Positions 33,285-33,745 of a stretch of 33,745 bases of DNA are shown piece after piece. The notes beneath the pieces are model-generated. The model ran no database searches. It saw only the letters and a list, made by a program, of their open reading frames with translations, and was not told where the DNA came from. Location: NCBI GenBank assembly GCA_000994815.1, contig LCJU01000003.1, forward strand, positions 1 to 33,745. The letters run 5' to 3'. Position 1 is the first letter of the stretch; the number at the start of each line of letters is the position of its first letter. This DNA comes from a candidate division WWE3 bacterium GW2011_GWC2_44_9 (GTDB lineage: Bacteria; Patescibacteriota; WWE3; UBA101185; UBA10185). The position numbers and the translations under genes were made by a program.

Positions 33285-33745
33285 TTAAAACGGATTCTGA
33301 TCTCCAGTTATAAGGGCTTTGATAATAACCCTTAATATGGAAACTGATAATAGCACAAATATTAAGCCAATTATTGCGGATGTCAAGTTTTCTTTACCGG
33401 TTTGAAGCGATGTGGGGTCCCCTTGGCTGGTTAATATTTTATAGCCGGAAAGAACAATTATAAACATACCTACTATTATGGAGATAGGCAGCATAATGCC
33501 GTCTATAGTTCTAAACAAATCGGAAATGGCAACATTTACTTCCTGGCAAGTGCAATCCGGTATTTCAATTTTCATTATATGCCCCGGCGTGCAGTAGTCA
33601 CTGTTTGAGGTTATCCACGGTTTGTTGGGGAGGTCTTGGAACACACAACACACACCCTCCGATACGCCCGTAGCGTCAGCTGAGGTGCAGGGCCACGGAA
33701 CGGCATACACCTTGTTTGTACTACCCGGGAGCAATAGCAGGTAAA
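33285..33745 (-). CDS. VirB2/TrbC-like pilin paralog 5 with a Cys-rich N-terminal extension (5' end probably beyond the window)
   Basis: Core ISDLFRTIDGIMLPISIIVGMFIIVLSGYKILTSQGDPTSLQTGKENLTSAIIGLIFVLLSVSILRVIIKALITGDQNPF. The frame is open to the window edge (..YLLLLPGSTNKVYA|VP looks like the end of a signal peptide). Confidence 0.6.
   Translation of the reverse strand, partial: YLLLLPGSTNKVYAVPWPCTSADATGVSEGVCCVFQDLPNKPWITSNSDYCTPGHIMKIEIPDCTCQEVNVAISDLFRTIDGIMLPISIIVGMFIIVLSGYKILTSQGDPTSLQTGKENLTSAIIGLIFVLLSVSILRVIIKALITGDQNPF

Noticed and set aside
1-33745. Alternative genetic code (UGA recoded, as in some candidate phyla).
   Set aside because: TGA functions as a terminator at well-defined gene ends (for example jag at 20982-20984 and the PilM/N-like gene at 5889-5891). 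All conserved genes translate at full length with the standard code.
22117-33745. Reading the T4SS-like block as a conventional integrative conjugative element or prophage.
   Set aside because: Within the window there is no relaxase, coupling protein, integrase, att-like repeat or cargo genes. The block abuts dnaN with a 5-bp gap. This cannot be fully excluded because the block continues beyond the right edge.

Overview
The window is compact, with almost no non-coding DNA. It uses the standard genetic code: TGA is a stop, for example at 5889-5891 (minus strand) and 20982-20984. The content looks like an ultra-small, monoderm CPR/Patescibacteria-type genome, possibly Saccharibacteria-like. That assignment is inference only, because no rRNA is present. 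All calls rest on motif reading of the supplied translations; no database search was run.

Layout from left to right:
1. The 3' part of a large serine recombinase, whose ORF runs into a tRNA-Gln(CTG) gene on the opposite strand.
2. Housekeeping and envelope genes: an NYN/LabA-like protein, a VanW-domain protein, and a frameshifted tsaD.
3. A type IV pilus locus (5.3-13.1 kb). It holds a major pilin with its own promoter and terminator, a PilM/N-like protein, a PilX-like protein, two small minor pilins, a 640-aa prepilin with a beta-propeller-type repeat region, an oppositely oriented CheY-like receiver, pilC and pilB.
4. A lipoprotein solute-binding protein overlapping a Wzy_C/O-antigen-ligase-like membrane protein.
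5. A rearranged replication-origin neighbourhood: DnaA-box cluster, dnaA, purF, then divergently rpmH-rnpA-yidD-yidC-jag-dnaN.
6. From 22.1 kb to the right edge, a type IV secretion-like gene set: a VirB4 ATPase, a stand-alone VirB4-N-domain-like protein, a PrgI/VirB3-like fusion protein, a VirB6-like polytopic protein, a 1083-aa orphan protein with a C-terminal M23/LytM-like domain, an Ig-like membrane protein, and five tandem VirB2/TrbC-like pilin paralogs. One paralog is frameshifted and one has an internal deletion.

No relaxase, coupling protein, transposase, CRISPR array or rRNA is visible.

A recurring sequence-level signal is a -10-like hexamer exactly 6 nt upstream of the ATG of six operon-leading genes, which suggests leaderless transcripts.
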